Below, piece by piece: positions 43,680 to 54,290 of a DNA stretch of 64,000 nt. How positions within the stretch are numbered: position 1 is the first letter of the stretch; the number at the start of each line of letters is the position of its first letter. The stretch comes from an uncultured bacterium (lineage in GTDB: Bacteria > Auribacterota > Erginobacteria > Erginobacterales > Erginobacteraceae). The notes under the pieces are model-generated. The model searched no databases, was not told the origin of the DNA, and saw only the letters and a list, made by a program, of their open reading frames with translations. The stretch covers positions 96,001 to 160,000 of the forward strand of contig CAWGIE010000035.1 of the NCBI GenBank assembly GCA_963822585.1. Direction: 5' to 3'. The translations under genes and the position numbers were made by a program.

Positions 43680-44978
43680 TCAGCTCCGGTTGGAAACCGC
43701 GGCGGGGGTAGGGCGGTAGTCTTCCCGGTAATCGGTGCTTTTCCTGATCATGTGCCAGGCCATCGGGCGTTTGAGCAGGGCGCAGGTGATTCCTTTCAGA
43801 ACGAAGAATATGGTTATCAGCCCGATGCTGAAGGCGGAGACGAGCATCCTGAAGAAGAGCTTGATCTGCCGGGCGTGGAACAAAGCCACCACGCTCATGA
43901 AGAGGAGCCCGGAGGTAAGAAGCACATTGAAGGCGGCTTCCGAGATGGCGTGCTGCGCCTCGACCGGTGCCGGCCGGGCGGTGACGAGGCTCAGGATGCT
44001 GCTGATGATCAGCCCGGCGATCAGGATGGGGAAGATATAACCGAGTCCGGAGAACATGCTGAATACCTTTCTCTTCATCCTGATCCGACGGTTCAGAAGA
44101 ATCCCCCGGAAGTGGATCATGTAGGCGCTGATCACCCCGTGCGCCCACCTCATCTGCTGCCGGTAGAGATCGGTCGCGTTCTGGGGGACTTCATTTAAAC
44201 AGGGAAGGTCGGGCAGGTAGATCATCTTCTTGTTATTCCTGATCATCCGGAGCGAGAACTCGATATCCTCGGTCAGGATGCCCGGTCTCCATCCGCCCAG
44301 TTCCACCAGTACGGATTTTCTTACCGCCTCGGCGGAACCACAGATAAACGAGCACCCGAAGATGTTCATGAAGGGGAGAAATACTTGGTGAAAAGAGTAG
44401 CCCATGGTGGAACCCATAACCGTGGCCAGGTTCTTCCCCGGGTTGGTGAAGTCCCACCGGGCCTGAGCGGAAGCAACCTCCGGGTCATGCACGAAAGGGG
44501 AGACGATCCGGGGGATGAAATCCGGGCCCGGCATGAAGTCGGAGTCGAAAATGACGATAATCTCTCCCCGGCTTTCCTTCAGCATATTGTTGAGATTGCC
44601 GGGCTTGAAGCCGGACTTATCCATCCGCCTGGTTACCTCAACCCGGGGATGCCGGCGGACGAAATCATCGATCTGCCGTGAAATCTCCGGCTGGTCGCTG
44701 TCGTCACCGAGTAAAATCTGCAGCCGGTCGGGGGGGTAGTCGGATTCCAGGCACATCCGCGCGCAGCGAAGGGCGATGATCTCGTTCCTGGTCGGTATCT
44801 GGACCGTTACCAGGGGCGCTTTTTCCAGGTCCAGGTCTACCTCGTTGTTTTTTTTGCGGCGGCAGATCACCACGGCGGTGATGAAGAAAAGAATCAAACT
44901 GACCGCTATCGCAAGGTAAAGAAAGACGGTAAAGGTCAGGCTGAACAAAAGATGGACAATGGAGAGCACCGGATTCAT
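43680..44978 (-). CDS. Processive-type family 2 glycosyltransferase
   Basis: VTVQIP, GFKPGNLN, FDSDF, LTED, QQMRW (QxxRW), TM helices. Confidence 0.9.
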   Translation of the reverse strand: MNPVLSIVHLLFSLTFTVFLYLAIAVSLILFFITAVVICRRKKNNEVDLDLEKAPLVTVQIPTRNEIIALRCARMCLESDYPPDRLQILLGDDSDQPEISRQIDDFVRRHPRVEVTRRMDKSGFKPGNLNNMLKESRGEIIVIFDSDFMPGPDFIPRIVSPFVHDPEVASAQARWDFTNPGKNLATVMGSTMGYSFHQVFLPFMNIFGCSFICGSAEAVRKSVLVELGGWRPGILTEDIEFSLRMIRNNKKMIYLPDLPCLNEVPQNATDLYRQQMRWAHGVISAYMIHFRGILLNRRIRMKRKVFSMFSGLGYIFPILIAGLIISSILSLVTARPAPVEAQHAISEAAFNVLLTSGLLFMSVVALFHARQIKLFFRMLVSAFSIGLITIFFVLKGITCALLKRPMAWHMIRKSTDYREDYRPTPAAVSNRS

Positions 44979-45121
44979 CGATTATCTATCAGGCTTATCA
45001 TAAACATCAGCGGCGGACTGTTCACACAGAAGTCAGTTGCCGTAACAATACCGTTATTATACTAAAGACGGCATTCTATATCACCTTGTTTTTTAACCGG
45101 GAGCGGATGCGCCGGCGCCGG

Positions 45122-45403
45122 TCAGAGGTGTTCCCGTCTGATGCCGATGATCACCCCGTCAACCGCCGTCTCCAGACGGGTTTCTATCTCCTCCAGTATC
45201 CGGTCGACGGCTCTCTGATCGGCCGCGGCGGCGATAAATGACCACTGCGCGCGCTGGTGTTCGTTTTGATAGCCGCTCTCACAGACGGCCAGATTAACCT
45301 GTTTGCCGAACCGGTCCCGGATCCCCCGGACGCGATGCCGTTTCTCTTTCAGTGAACGGCACCCCGGCAGGTGAAAATCGACGATGAGCAGGCGTATCTT
45401 CAC
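45122..45403 (-). CDS. DUF503 family protein
   Basis: LPGCRSLKEKR, NLAVCE; GTG start overlaps the upstream stop. Confidence 0.88.
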   Translation of the reverse strand: MKIRLLIVDFHLPGCRSLKEKRHRVRGIRDRFGKQVNLAVCESGYQNEHQRAQWSFIAAAADQRAVDRILEEIETRLETAVDGVIIGIRREHL

Positions 45404-45603
45404 TTCCCAATTTTTTCAGGGATTTCCTTGAGGTAACGGAAAAAACGATCCCAGTGCAGGGAGTATTCCCGTTGATGAGATTCCGAAATCTCCACGCCCT
45501 TCTGCTCGTTCTCAGTTACCACGTCTCTGACCTCAAGCGTCTTGCTCCGGATGAAAATGAAGACGAAAAGGGCGATGATAACCAGGATGATCAATTTTTT
45601 CAT
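45400..45603 (-). CDS. Small membrane-anchored hypothetical protein
   Basis: AAGGAG RBS, N-terminal TM, translationally coupled to DUF503. Confidence 0.7.
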   Translation of the reverse strand: MKKLIILVIIALFVFIFIRSKTLEVRDVVTENEQKGVEISESHQREYSLHWDRFFRYLKEIPEKIGK

Positions 45604-45904
45604 TGGCAAACATCTCCTTATTGCCCGATCAGCCGGGCGCCCCACAATGCTATGCCCCGTTCAAACAACATAATTTCTTTGAGATAAAACTGATTATAAC
45701 CACGAAGAACACCCCGTACAATAAACTTCGTTTATCACGGGGCAGGCTCCGGACACGAAGAAATTAATGGACAGATTGTTCAGGATTAATCCGATTCATT
45801 CATAAATGGGGTTAACTCACTCCGGCATATCAATAAGCCGGTCCGCCGGTTTCCCGCATCCTTTTTTCTCTTCGTGAACTTCGTGTCCTTCGTGGTGAAA
45901 AAAC

Positions 45905-47148
45905 TCAGTCCAGCAGGTGAATGATGAGCCCGGAGCGGAGCTTGGGCTCGAACCAGGTGGATTTCGGGGGCATGAACATTCTCCGGTCGGCGATCTCCAT
46001 CAGCTGGTCGATCGAGGTGGGATAGAGGGAAAAGGCGACCGCGTCGCCCCCGTCGACCCGCCGTTGCAGGGCGCCGGGCCCGCGGATGCCCCCCACGAAG
46101 TCGATCCGCGCGTCCTTGCGGGGATCTTCGATCCCCAGGATCGGGGAGAGAAGGTTCCGCTGCAGGATGGCGACGTCGAGCGAATTGACGGGATCATCGG
46201 CCGGGAAACTCCCCTCCCGGGCGGTAAGCCGGTACCATTGCCCGGCCAGGTACATCCCGAAAGTGTGCGGCAGGGGGGAGAGAACGGCCGGTTGCCGGTC
46301 GCCGGGACGATCTCGAATGATTCGGCGACCCGCCCCAGGAACTCTTCCGGGGAAAGGCCGTTAAGATCGCCGACCACCCGGTTATAGCCCATGATGTGCA
46401 GTTGATCGTGCGGAAAAAGGACGGCCAGGAAGTAATTGTATTCTTCGTCACCGGTATGCGAGGGGTTCTCCGCGCGCCGTTTTTGGCCGACTTTCGTCCC
46501 CGCGGCGGACCGGTGGTGCCCGTCGGCGACATAGAGTCGTTCGATCCCGGCGAAGATATCCCGGATCCCGGCCAGCGTCTCCGGGTCCTCGATCTTCCAG
46601 AAGGTATGCCTGACGCCGTTGTCAGCCGTGAAGTCGTAGAGGGGGGCCTTTCGGGTCACTTCCTCCGTCAGGGACGTCATCTCCCCGGTCGACCGGTAGG
46701 TGAGAAAGACCGGACCGGTATTGGCGTTGAGAGTTTCGACGTGCCTGATTCGGTCGCCCTCTTTTTCGGCCCGGGTATGTTCGTGTTTCTTGATAAGGTC
46801 GTTCTCGTAGTCCTCGATCGAAGCCGCCGCCACCAGGCCCGTCTGGGCGAGATCGCCCATGGTCAGGCGGTAGAAATAAAAAGAGGGTTTGCTGTCCTGG
46901 ATCAGAATGCCTTCTTTAATCAGGCGGTCCAGGTTGCCCCGGCCTTTGTTGTAGACGGCATCGGAATAGATATCAGTCTCCTCCGGCAGGTCGATTTCCG
47001 GTTTGACCACGTGCAGGAAACTATAGGGTTTATCCTGGGCCATGATCCTGGCTTCCCGTGAATCAAGGACATCATAGGGGGGCGAGGCGACAGCTTCGGC
47101 TTTCTCCGGAATCGGCCGCAGTCCCCGGAATTCTTTGATCTTAACCAT
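45905..47148 (-). CDS. DUF1015 family protein, frameshifted in a homopolymer
   Basis: PPYDV, KKHEHT, ADGHHR in one frame; FGMYL...MPPKSTWFEPKLRSGL in another; shift at the G6 run ~46273-46278. Confidence 0.9.
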
Positions 47149-47788
47149 AAGATGACTCCTGGTGCAGTATCCCTGTGATAAACGAAAAATAAATCAGGGA
47201 CGTAATAATCCGATTGTTATAGTAGTTACATCAACGATTACGGTCATTGCGAGCGTAGCGAAGCAATCTCTTTTTCCGCTTAGAGTTGAGATTGCTTCGC
47301 TCCGTTCGCAATGACTATTGAAGAGAATGCGATTTATTTAAATGTTCTACTTAGGGTGAATAAACTGCTGCGATTGCTTCAATGCTTGCACATTCTTATT
47401 TATCCTCCCCGCCCCGAAGTATTAATCGGGGAAGGGAAAATAAGATTATATATCAATTCGCCGCCCGGAAATAAAGAGGAAGTGAATAATTGTTAACCGT
47501 TTTTAACCTGTATTATCGTTCAATGTATTACGAATAGCAAACAGGTTAATACGATGACAGTACACTGTTTAGCTTCCCCGAAAGAACAATGTTGTGTTCT
47601 TTCGGTTACCGTTGCCGCCAGAATGAGACTCTTGGCTGTAATTCATTGCCGGAGTATATGATAAAGTCGATATGCTTTTGTATTGCTGTTCTTTTAAATG
47701 TTGTCATTGTTCGAAACTACCCCGATTTAATAATAAATCGGGGTAATTGCTTATTTCCCGCGTCGGCCGGGATTGCTATACTCTACCC

Positions 47789-48643
47789 ATGCCCGCGGAA
47801 GATATTTATTATGTTAACGGTGAGTTCGTTCCCGCTGAAGAAGCCTCGATACCGGTCGACGATCTGGCTCTGCTCAGGGGATACGGCGTTTTCGATTTTA
47901 TGCGGACCTACGGCGGGAAGCCGTTCTGCATTGAGGAACACGTCTCGCGCCTGAAGGAATCCGCCCGCCTGACCGGCATCCCCTTCCCGTGGACGGTCGA
48001 GGAAATGATCGGGATCGTGCAGCAGACCGTGGCCCGCAATCGCCATAACGAGTCAAACATCACCGTCATCGTGACCGGGGGATCCAGCTCCGATTTTCTT
48101 ACTCCGGCCGGCCGGCCGCGGCTGCTGGTCCTGGTGAGACCTCTCCGGCCCTGCCCCCGGGAGTGGTATGCCCGGGGGGTTAAAGTAATCACCCTTCCCG
48201 GGCGCCGTTCCATCCCGGGCGCCAAGACCGTCAATTATCTTTCGGCCATCATCGCCCTGGAGGCGGCCCGCCGGCAGGGAGCGATGGAAGCCGTTTTCGT
48301 GAATGATTCCGGCAACGTTCTCGAAGGCCAGACCGCTACCGTCTTCGCCTTTTTCGGGGAGAAGCTGGTGACGAATGAAAAGGGCATTCTGCCCGGGATT
48401 ACGCGGGGGCTGGTCCTTCGTTTGACGGAATCCGTCTTTGAGCGGGAGATCCGCGATCTGACCATCGGGGAACTGCTGGCGGCGGACGAGGTCTTCATGA
48501 CGGCATCCAACAAGGAAATAGTCCCGGTGGTAAAGGTGGACGAAACCATCATTTCAAACGGCGTCCCCGGCCCGGGCACCCGTAAGATCATGGAATTGTT
48601 CAGGGAATACACCCGCCGCTTCGGAATCACAAGAAACCGCTGA
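47789..48643 (+). CDS. Class IV aminotransferase (D-amino-acid / branched-chain / ADC lyase family)
   Basis: D...LRGYGVFD, H..RL..SA, KTVNY, ILPGITR, ADEVF. Confidence 0.92.
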   Translation: MPAEDIYYVNGEFVPAEEASIPVDDLALLRGYGVFDFMRTYGGKPFCIEEHVSRLKESARLTGIPFPWTVEEMIGIVQQTVARNRHNESNITVIVTGGSSSDFLTPAGRPRLLVLVRPLRPCPREWYARGVKVITLPGRRSIPGAKTVNYLSAIIALEAARRQGAMEAVFVNDSGNVLEGQTATVFAFFGEKLVTNEKGILPGITRGLVLRLTESVFEREIRDLTIGELLAADEVFMTASNKEIVPVVKVDETIISNGVPGPGTRKIMELFREYTRRFGITRNR

Positions 48644-48811
48644 TTAAGCGGATTAAACGGATTTGGTTTTCTTTTATCAGCATAATCCACTCAATCCGCG
48701 GTTAAATAAGCAACGAAGTTTCAATGATATTTATGACGCGGGGAGGCGGCCGGTGTGGACGGTAACCTCCGTCTCTTTTCCCCCGCGGAGGATGGTGAGC
48801 CGTACCGGCAC

Positions 48812-49276
48812 CTAGACAAGTTCGATGACGACCCAGCCGGAATCCGGATCGTTTCCGGAAACGGCGAGGCCGGCCAGTATCTTCCATTCGTGCCGGGCGG
48901 TCATCCCGATGTATGTCGGGAGGACGTCCGCCGGGAGAGTGACGGTGGTCTCCCAGTCGTACTCTTCCTTCGCTTTCAGGGTCTGCGGTCCGGCCACCTC
49001 GATCTTATGATCGAAAACGGTGGTGGTCCTCTCCAGATCTTCTTTGACTTTCTCCACCGTTTCGCCGACCAGCCGGGCGATCTCGACGTCCTTGATGACA
49101 ACCGTCTCCATCGACGCGATCTTCAAATAGACCTGCTCGATCGGGATGTCGGCTTCCTCGACCGCCGCGTGAATTTTGACCTGGAAAGGACCGCCGAGGG
49201 TGGGTTCGACCGCCGCGACCGATACTTTAGCTCCTCCCCCGGTGACAAAATTTTTCAGCTTATTGAAGAATCCCAT
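48812..49276 (-). CDS. Hypothetical protein (possibly SpoOM/arrestin-like fold)
   Basis: GGGAG RBS; MGFFNKLK..GGGAKV N-terminus, LP....PTY.G, DPDSGW. Confidence 0.65.
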   Translation of the reverse strand: MGFFNKLKNFVTGGGAKVSVAAVEPTLGGPFQVKIHAAVEEADIPIEQVYLKIASMETVVIKDVEIARLVGETVEKVKEDLERTTTVFDHKIEVAGPQTLKAKEEYDWETTVTLPADVLPTYIGMTARHEWKILAGLAVSGNDPDSGWVVIELV

Positions 49277-49384
49277 GTCTCCCCCCCTATCAGTTACCTT
49301 CGTTAAAAATGATAATTACCGCATATCTCGCTCACTATAATATTTACCGGCCCGGCGGACAAGATATAATAATCTCCACCGTGT

Positions 49385-50971
49385 TCATCCACGGTTCCCG
49401 ACCATTCCCCGAAGCCCGTTCAGCGGGATAATGGCCCACGCGGGCCGATTGTTGAGTTCGTAATTCAGCTCGTAGACGGCCTTTTCCAGGATGCAGAGAT
49501 CGAGCAACTCTTTTCGGGTATCCTCGCTTCCCAAAAGAACGGCCGCCTTCCCGCCCATCTCCCGCAGATAGGAGGAAAGGAAGCGATCGCTCATGATCCG
49601 ATACCATTTTTCCGCCCGGGAGGTAGGGGAGGTTATTTCTCCGGTCTCGGGCTCCGGTTGGAGGAAGATCGCGCCATAGGCGGCATAGTGCAAAGAACGG
49701 ATCATCCCGGCGACATCGACCAGCGGGGAACGTTTTCGCCTCCGTTCTTCAAGCGGCCGCGCCGGCTCCCCTTCAAAGTCGATAATCACGAAGTCTTTCT
49801 CCGTATGGAGAAGCTGTCCCAGATGGTAATCCCCGTGAATCCTGGTTACCATTCCTCCCGGGCGGAAAAGATTGATCTTCTCGGCCAGGTTTTTCTCAAC
49901 GGCCCCGCCGCGGAGAAGCGGCCGCGCCTCCCGGGCCGTTTCCGGAGGAAGTTCATCCACGGCCGAACGCAGCGTGGTCAGCGTTCGGTCGAGGAGAGAC
50001 CGGATGGAGGTTGATAGTTCTTCCCGGTCGCCCGGGGTGAAGGGCCGGGGCGCGAAATCGGGGTTATCCGGCGCCGCGGCCAGGGCTTGGTGAAGCTGGG
50101 CGGTCCGCGTTCCGATCAAGGCGGCGGACGGGGAATAACCCTGGAGGCATTTCTTTTCCTCTTCCGGGGATTCCGCCCGGAGATACGCGGCGACCGCCCG
50201 CAGGGAATAATTCCAGGCATCGTCTTGATGGGGTACATATGCCTGGAGCAGGCCGATGGCGGCGGTTCCGGCACCCTCGGTTTCGAGTTCCAGCAGGCCG
50301 GCAAAAGGGGCGACATGGGGGAATCCGGCCTCCTCGGTCAGAAACCGGCTCATCTCTACCTCCGGATGACCGCCGACCGCCAGGCGGCGGTAGAGCTTGA
50401 AGATGAAATCTTTCCCGTAAGAGAACGAGGTATTGCTCTGCTCTTTGTCCAGCAGTTCGGTCTGGGGGAGGCAGTGTCCTTCCCCGAACCATTGCCGGAG
50501 GGCTTCTCCCGGAATCCCCCGCAGCTGGAACGGCCCTTGCCGCTCACTGTCTTTTCCCGCCATCAGCCGGAAACAATTCTTCCGGAAACGCGGGTCATAG
50601 ACGGCATCGAAAAGGATCCCCTTCTCCTCTCCCAGGGTGAGCCGGGCCAGGACCGGAAAGGCGGGGGATTGCTCGCTTCCGGCAGCCGGTTCCCCCTGGT
50701 GAAAAGAAAGGGGAAGGAGGTACCGCTCGGCATCTCCATCACGGTAGGAGACGGCAAGGATATAAAGGTAAGCCGTGGCGCCGCCGCCCCTCAGCGGTAC
50801 CGGATCGCCGACCCGGACGGACCGGATCTGTCTGGCCTTCCCGCCGAACCAGCGGCATCCCCGGAGATAATCGGGAAGAAGCGGTTCCAGTTCACGACGG
50901 AGGGGGCCTTGAAAAACGCTCTCCGGGGAGGAGCCCGCGGGAAAGACGATGCTCTTCGGGTGGTTCTTCAT
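49385..50971 (-). CDS. Maltokinase (Mak/Pep2-like)
   Basis: RWFGGKAR, EQSNTS, RIHGDYHLGQ, IDFEGEP, DVAGM.RS, EKAVYELNYELNNRP.W. Confidence 0.9.
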   Translation of the reverse strand: MKNHPKSIVFPAGSSPESVFQGPLRRELEPLLPDYLRGCRWFGGKARQIRSVRVGDPVPLRGGGATAYLYILAVSYRDGDAERYLLPLSFHQGEPAAGSEQSPAFPVLARLTLGEEKGILFDAVYDPRFRKNCFRLMAGKDSERQGPFQLRGIPGEALRQWFGEGHCLPQTELLDKEQSNTSFSYGKDFIFKLYRRLAVGGHPEVEMSRFLTEEAGFPHVAPFAGLLELETEGAGTAAIGLLQAYVPHQDDAWNYSLRAVAAYLRAESPEEEKKCLQGYSPSAALIGTRTAQLHQALAAAPDNPDFAPRPFTPGDREELSTSIRSLLDRTLTTLRSAVDELPPETAREARPLLRGGAVEKNLAEKINLFRPGGMVTRIHGDYHLGQLLHTEKDFVIIDFEGEPARPLEERRRKRSPLVDVAGMIRSLHYAAYGAIFLQPEPETGEITSPTSRAEKWYRIMSDRFLSSYLREMGGKAAVLLGSEDTRKELLDLCILEKAVYELNYELNNRPAWAIIPLNGLRGMVGNRG

Positions 50972-51193
50972 GCCTCCATTATACAGGCATCACGACCCCC
51001 GGGAAGATGAAATTACCCCGCCCCGGCGCTCGGCTGTCCGTCCGCCCGGCAATCCCGGTTTTTATTTGCCGCCCGTTTTCCCCCTTGCTATACTCTGAAG
51101 CACCGCGGACCGGATTATCCCGGCCGGCGGGTGTTTATAATGCGTCATCTTGAACGATGGTCGACCTTCCGGCATCGAAAGGGGCGAGGAGCG

Positions 51194-52426
51194 ATGAAAA
51201 TACTGGTTTTAAACTGCGGCAGTTCTTCCGTGAAGTTTCAGGTCATAGAGACCTCAAAGGAACTGTTCGAGAAGCACGAGAACGTGGTCCACGCCAAGGG
51301 ACTGATCGAACGGATCGGCAAGGATGACGCGATTGTTAATTACACCGCGTTAGGCAGAGAGAAAATTCAGACGGTGGAACCGATCAGGGACCACCGGGAA
51401 GCGATCCGGAAAGTCCTCGATCTGCTCCTGGACAAGAAGACGGGGGTACTGGAAAACATCGATGAGATCGAGGCGGTCGGCCACCGGATGGTGCACGGAG
51501 GAGAGGAGTTCGCTTCTTCGGTCCTGATCGACGAGAAAGTGCTGGCCAAGATGCGCGAGTGTTCCGACCTGGCACCGCTCCATAACCCGGCCAATCTGAG
51601 GGGGTACGAGGCGGCAAAGGATGTTCTCCCCCGGGTGGAGCATGTGGGTGTTTTTGATACGGCGTTCCACCAGACGATGCCGCCCGCGTCCTATCTCTAC
51701 GCCATCCCCCTGAAATATTATCAACAATACAAAATCCGCCGGTTCGGGTTTCACGGGACCAGCCACCGGTTCGTTTTTTACCGGTACTGCAAGCTGGCCG
51801 GCCGGGAACCGTCCCGGACCAGCGCCGTCACCTGCCACCTCGGGAACGGCGCCTCGATCGCCGCCATCCGGGACGGGAAAAGCCTTGATACCTCGATGGG
51901 CTTCACCCCCCTGGAAGGACTGGTGATGGGGACCCGGAGCGGAGATCTGGACCCGGCGATCCATCAGTACGTCATCCACAAGGAAGGCAGCGATATCGAT
52001 GAGTTTACCCGGGTTCTCAACAAGGAGAGCGGGATGCTGGGGTTGAGCGGAATGTCAAACGACATGCGCGAGATTCTCGAGGCGGCGGCCGCGGGAAATG
52101 AGACCTGCGCCACCGCCCTGGATGTCTATTCCTACCGGCTGAAGAAATATATCGGGGCCTATATCGCCGCCATGAACGGGGCCGACGCGGTCATCTTTAC
52201 CGGCGGGGTGGGAGAGAATGCCGCCCTGGTCCGGGAGCAAGCGGCCGGGGACCTCGATTTTATCGGGATCGAGTTCGACGCCGGGAAAAATAAAGAGATG
52301 AACGGCCGGGAGGGGAAGATCTCCCGGGAGGATTCCCGGGTGGATGTCTACCTGATCCCGACCAACGAAGAGTTGGTCATCGCCTGGGACACGTACCAGT
52401 GTGTTAAAGAAGTCAGCGGTGAATAA
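51194..52426 (+). CDS. ackA: Acetate kinase
   Basis: LNCGSSS.K, GHR.VHGG, APLHNP, FDTAFH, GFHGTSH, HLGNGAS, SMGFTPLEG, PTNEE. Confidence 0.98.
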   Translation: MKILVLNCGSSSVKFQVIETSKELFEKHENVVHAKGLIERIGKDDAIVNYTALGREKIQTVEPIRDHREAIRKVLDLLLDKKTGVLENIDEIEAVGHRMVHGGEEFASSVLIDEKVLAKMRECSDLAPLHNPANLRGYEAAKDVLPRVEHVGVFDTAFHQTMPPASYLYAIPLKYYQQYKIRRFGFHGTSHRFVFYRYCKLAGREPSRTSAVTCHLGNGASIAAIRDGKSLDTSMGFTPLEGLVMGTRSGDLDPAIHQYVIHKEGSDIDEFTRVLNKESGMLGLSGMSNDMREILEAAAAGNETCATALDVYSYRLKKYIGAYIAAMNGADAVIFTGGVGENAALVREQAAGDLDFIGIEFDAGKNKEMNGREGKISREDSRVDVYLIPTNEELVIAWDTYQCVKEVSGE

Positions 52427-52782
52427 ATAGTAGGGATTCTCCGATATAAACAACATTGGATAAATGGTGGGTTGGAGTGATGGAAGGGGAATAACCTCCT
52501 AACTTCATTACACTCATATTCTACTGCTCCGGAATTTCAATAGCTGTCAAGATACTAAACAACAGAGTGTTCCCCTGTCTCCGCCGGCGAGTAGTTTTTT
52601 AACTTTAGGCACTTTAAACTTTAGGCACTTTAGAACGTTGCCCGAGCGAAGCGAGGGCTAAGTTCCAGTTTAGGAATTTCAATAAAGCTGTGTAAAGTAT
52701 CAGGTGTCAGGTGTAAAGATCCATTACACTTTACACTTTAAACTTTACACTACAAGTTGCGCCGGAGGCGCTAACTTGTCTA

Positions 52783-53295
52783 ATGAACGAGTCTCACTCT
52801 AAAGCGGTGGTTAAAATTATGGAAGGCCTGGGGCACCGTGCCCAGGAGAGGGTCCGGAAGATCAGCGGGGCGGATCGGGTCGGAATGCTCTTCGCGGAGA
52901 TCAAGGATTCCGACGGGGAAAAGAGCAACGAGCCGGGATTCCGTGCCCGGGTAGAACAGATCTTGTACCTGGCCCGCAGCGGCGAGGCTGAAAAATATTA
53001 CGACTTCGGCGTGATCCAGATGGCCCTGGCCGTCCGGGCCTGGGATATCTGGGAAAAACTCTGGAGGGATAAGCATCCCGACCGGGAAGAGGAATGGGAG
53101 ACCGGAACCGATCATGCCCTGATGCGGGTCTGGCAGCAAAAGGTCCGCGAACTCTTTATCGAGCATCACCAGGAAAAAGTCCTCTCCCTGAGAATGAAGG
53201 ATTATATCCGCCGCTTGTTCGAAGGGGAATTGGACGAAGCCGGCGCCGGCGATATTGCCTCTTTTTTCTACAAGGCGTTTCACGAGGTTTATTAA
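52783..53295 (+). CDS. Hypothetical helical protein
   Basis: 170-aa ORF whose stop directly abuts the chorismate mutase ATG. Confidence 0.7.
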   Translation: MNESHSKAVVKIMEGLGHRAQERVRKISGADRVGMLFAEIKDSDGEKSNEPGFRARVEQILYLARSGEAEKYYDFGVIQMALAVRAWDIWEKLWRDKHPDREEEWETGTDHALMRVWQQKVRELFIEHHQEKVLSLRMKDYIRRLFEGELDEAGAGDIASFFYKAFHEVY

Positions 53296-54039
53296 ATGGG
53301 AGAACAACTCTTACTCGGCAACATCCGCAACGTCCTGGCCCGCCTGGAGGAAACGATTATTTTCGAGTTGATCGAGCGGGCCCAGTTCAAGCGGAACGAT
53401 ATCATCTACCAGCCCGGCGCCTTCGGGGCAGTGCTTGGGGGAGAAAGCCTGGTCGGGTTCCATCTCTTCGAGATCGAGAAGGTCCATGCCCGGATGCGGC
53501 GCTACACCAGCCCGGACGAGCACCCGTTTTCCCCCGATTTGCCCGGGCCGATTCTGCCGCCGCTTCATTACGCGGAGAATCCTCTCCGGCCCAATTCCGT
53601 CAATATCAACGCCCGGATCCGTACCGTCTATGAGCGGGAAATCGTCCCTCATATCTGCCGCCCCGGAGACGACAACCAGTATGGCTCCAGCTCGATGTGC
53701 GACGTCACCTGCCTGCAGGCGCTTTCCAAACGGATCCATTACGGAAAATTTGTCGCCGAAAGCAAGTTTCGCGCCGACCCCGCCGACTACCGGGCTCTCC
53801 GCGCCGCCGGGGATACCGCGGGGCTGATGGAGCGGATCACCGATCCGGAAGTCGAGGCCGGGGTTCTGGATCGTGTCGCGTTAAAAGCGGAGACCTACTG
53901 CCGCGAGTTGACGGGGGAAGGGGGGGATCCCAAGATCGATCCCCGGATCGTGGTCGACATCTACCGGCGCTGGATCATCCCGCTGAACAAAGACGTCCAG
54001 GTAGCGTATTTAATGGAAACCGCTTCCGCACCGCGATAA
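53296..54039 (+). CDS. Chorismate mutase, yeast/plant (Aro7-like) type
   Basis: L.NIR..L.RLE.TIIF.LIERAQF, RRY.SPDEHPF, YGS...CDV.CLQALSKRIHYGKFVAE.KF, Y..W.IPL.K.VQV.YL. Confidence 0.9.
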   Translation: MGEQLLLGNIRNVLARLEETIIFELIERAQFKRNDIIYQPGAFGAVLGGESLVGFHLFEIEKVHARMRRYTSPDEHPFSPDLPGPILPPLHYAENPLRPNSVNINARIRTVYEREIVPHICRPGDDNQYGSSSMCDVTCLQALSKRIHYGKFVAESKFRADPADYRALRAAGDTAGLMERITDPEVEAGVLDRVALKAETYCRELTGEGGDPKIDPRIVVDIYRRWIIPLNKDVQVAYLMETASAPR

Positions 54040-54290
54040 CTGATAACCACTAAAACACGCAGACACATTTAAAAGAAAATAACCATGAAGACACAAAGAC
54101 ACTAAATAACTACTAAGACACAAAGACACTAAATGACCACTAAGACACAAAGACACTAAGAATATTAGAGAATAAATAAAGACGTTCTTCTATATTTCCC
54201 TAGGTATTTCTTAGTGTCTTAGTGTCTTGGTGGTTATTAAAGGGGCCGAGGTAGGGTTTAGTGTCTTGGTGGTTAAAAATAGGAGAGGAG

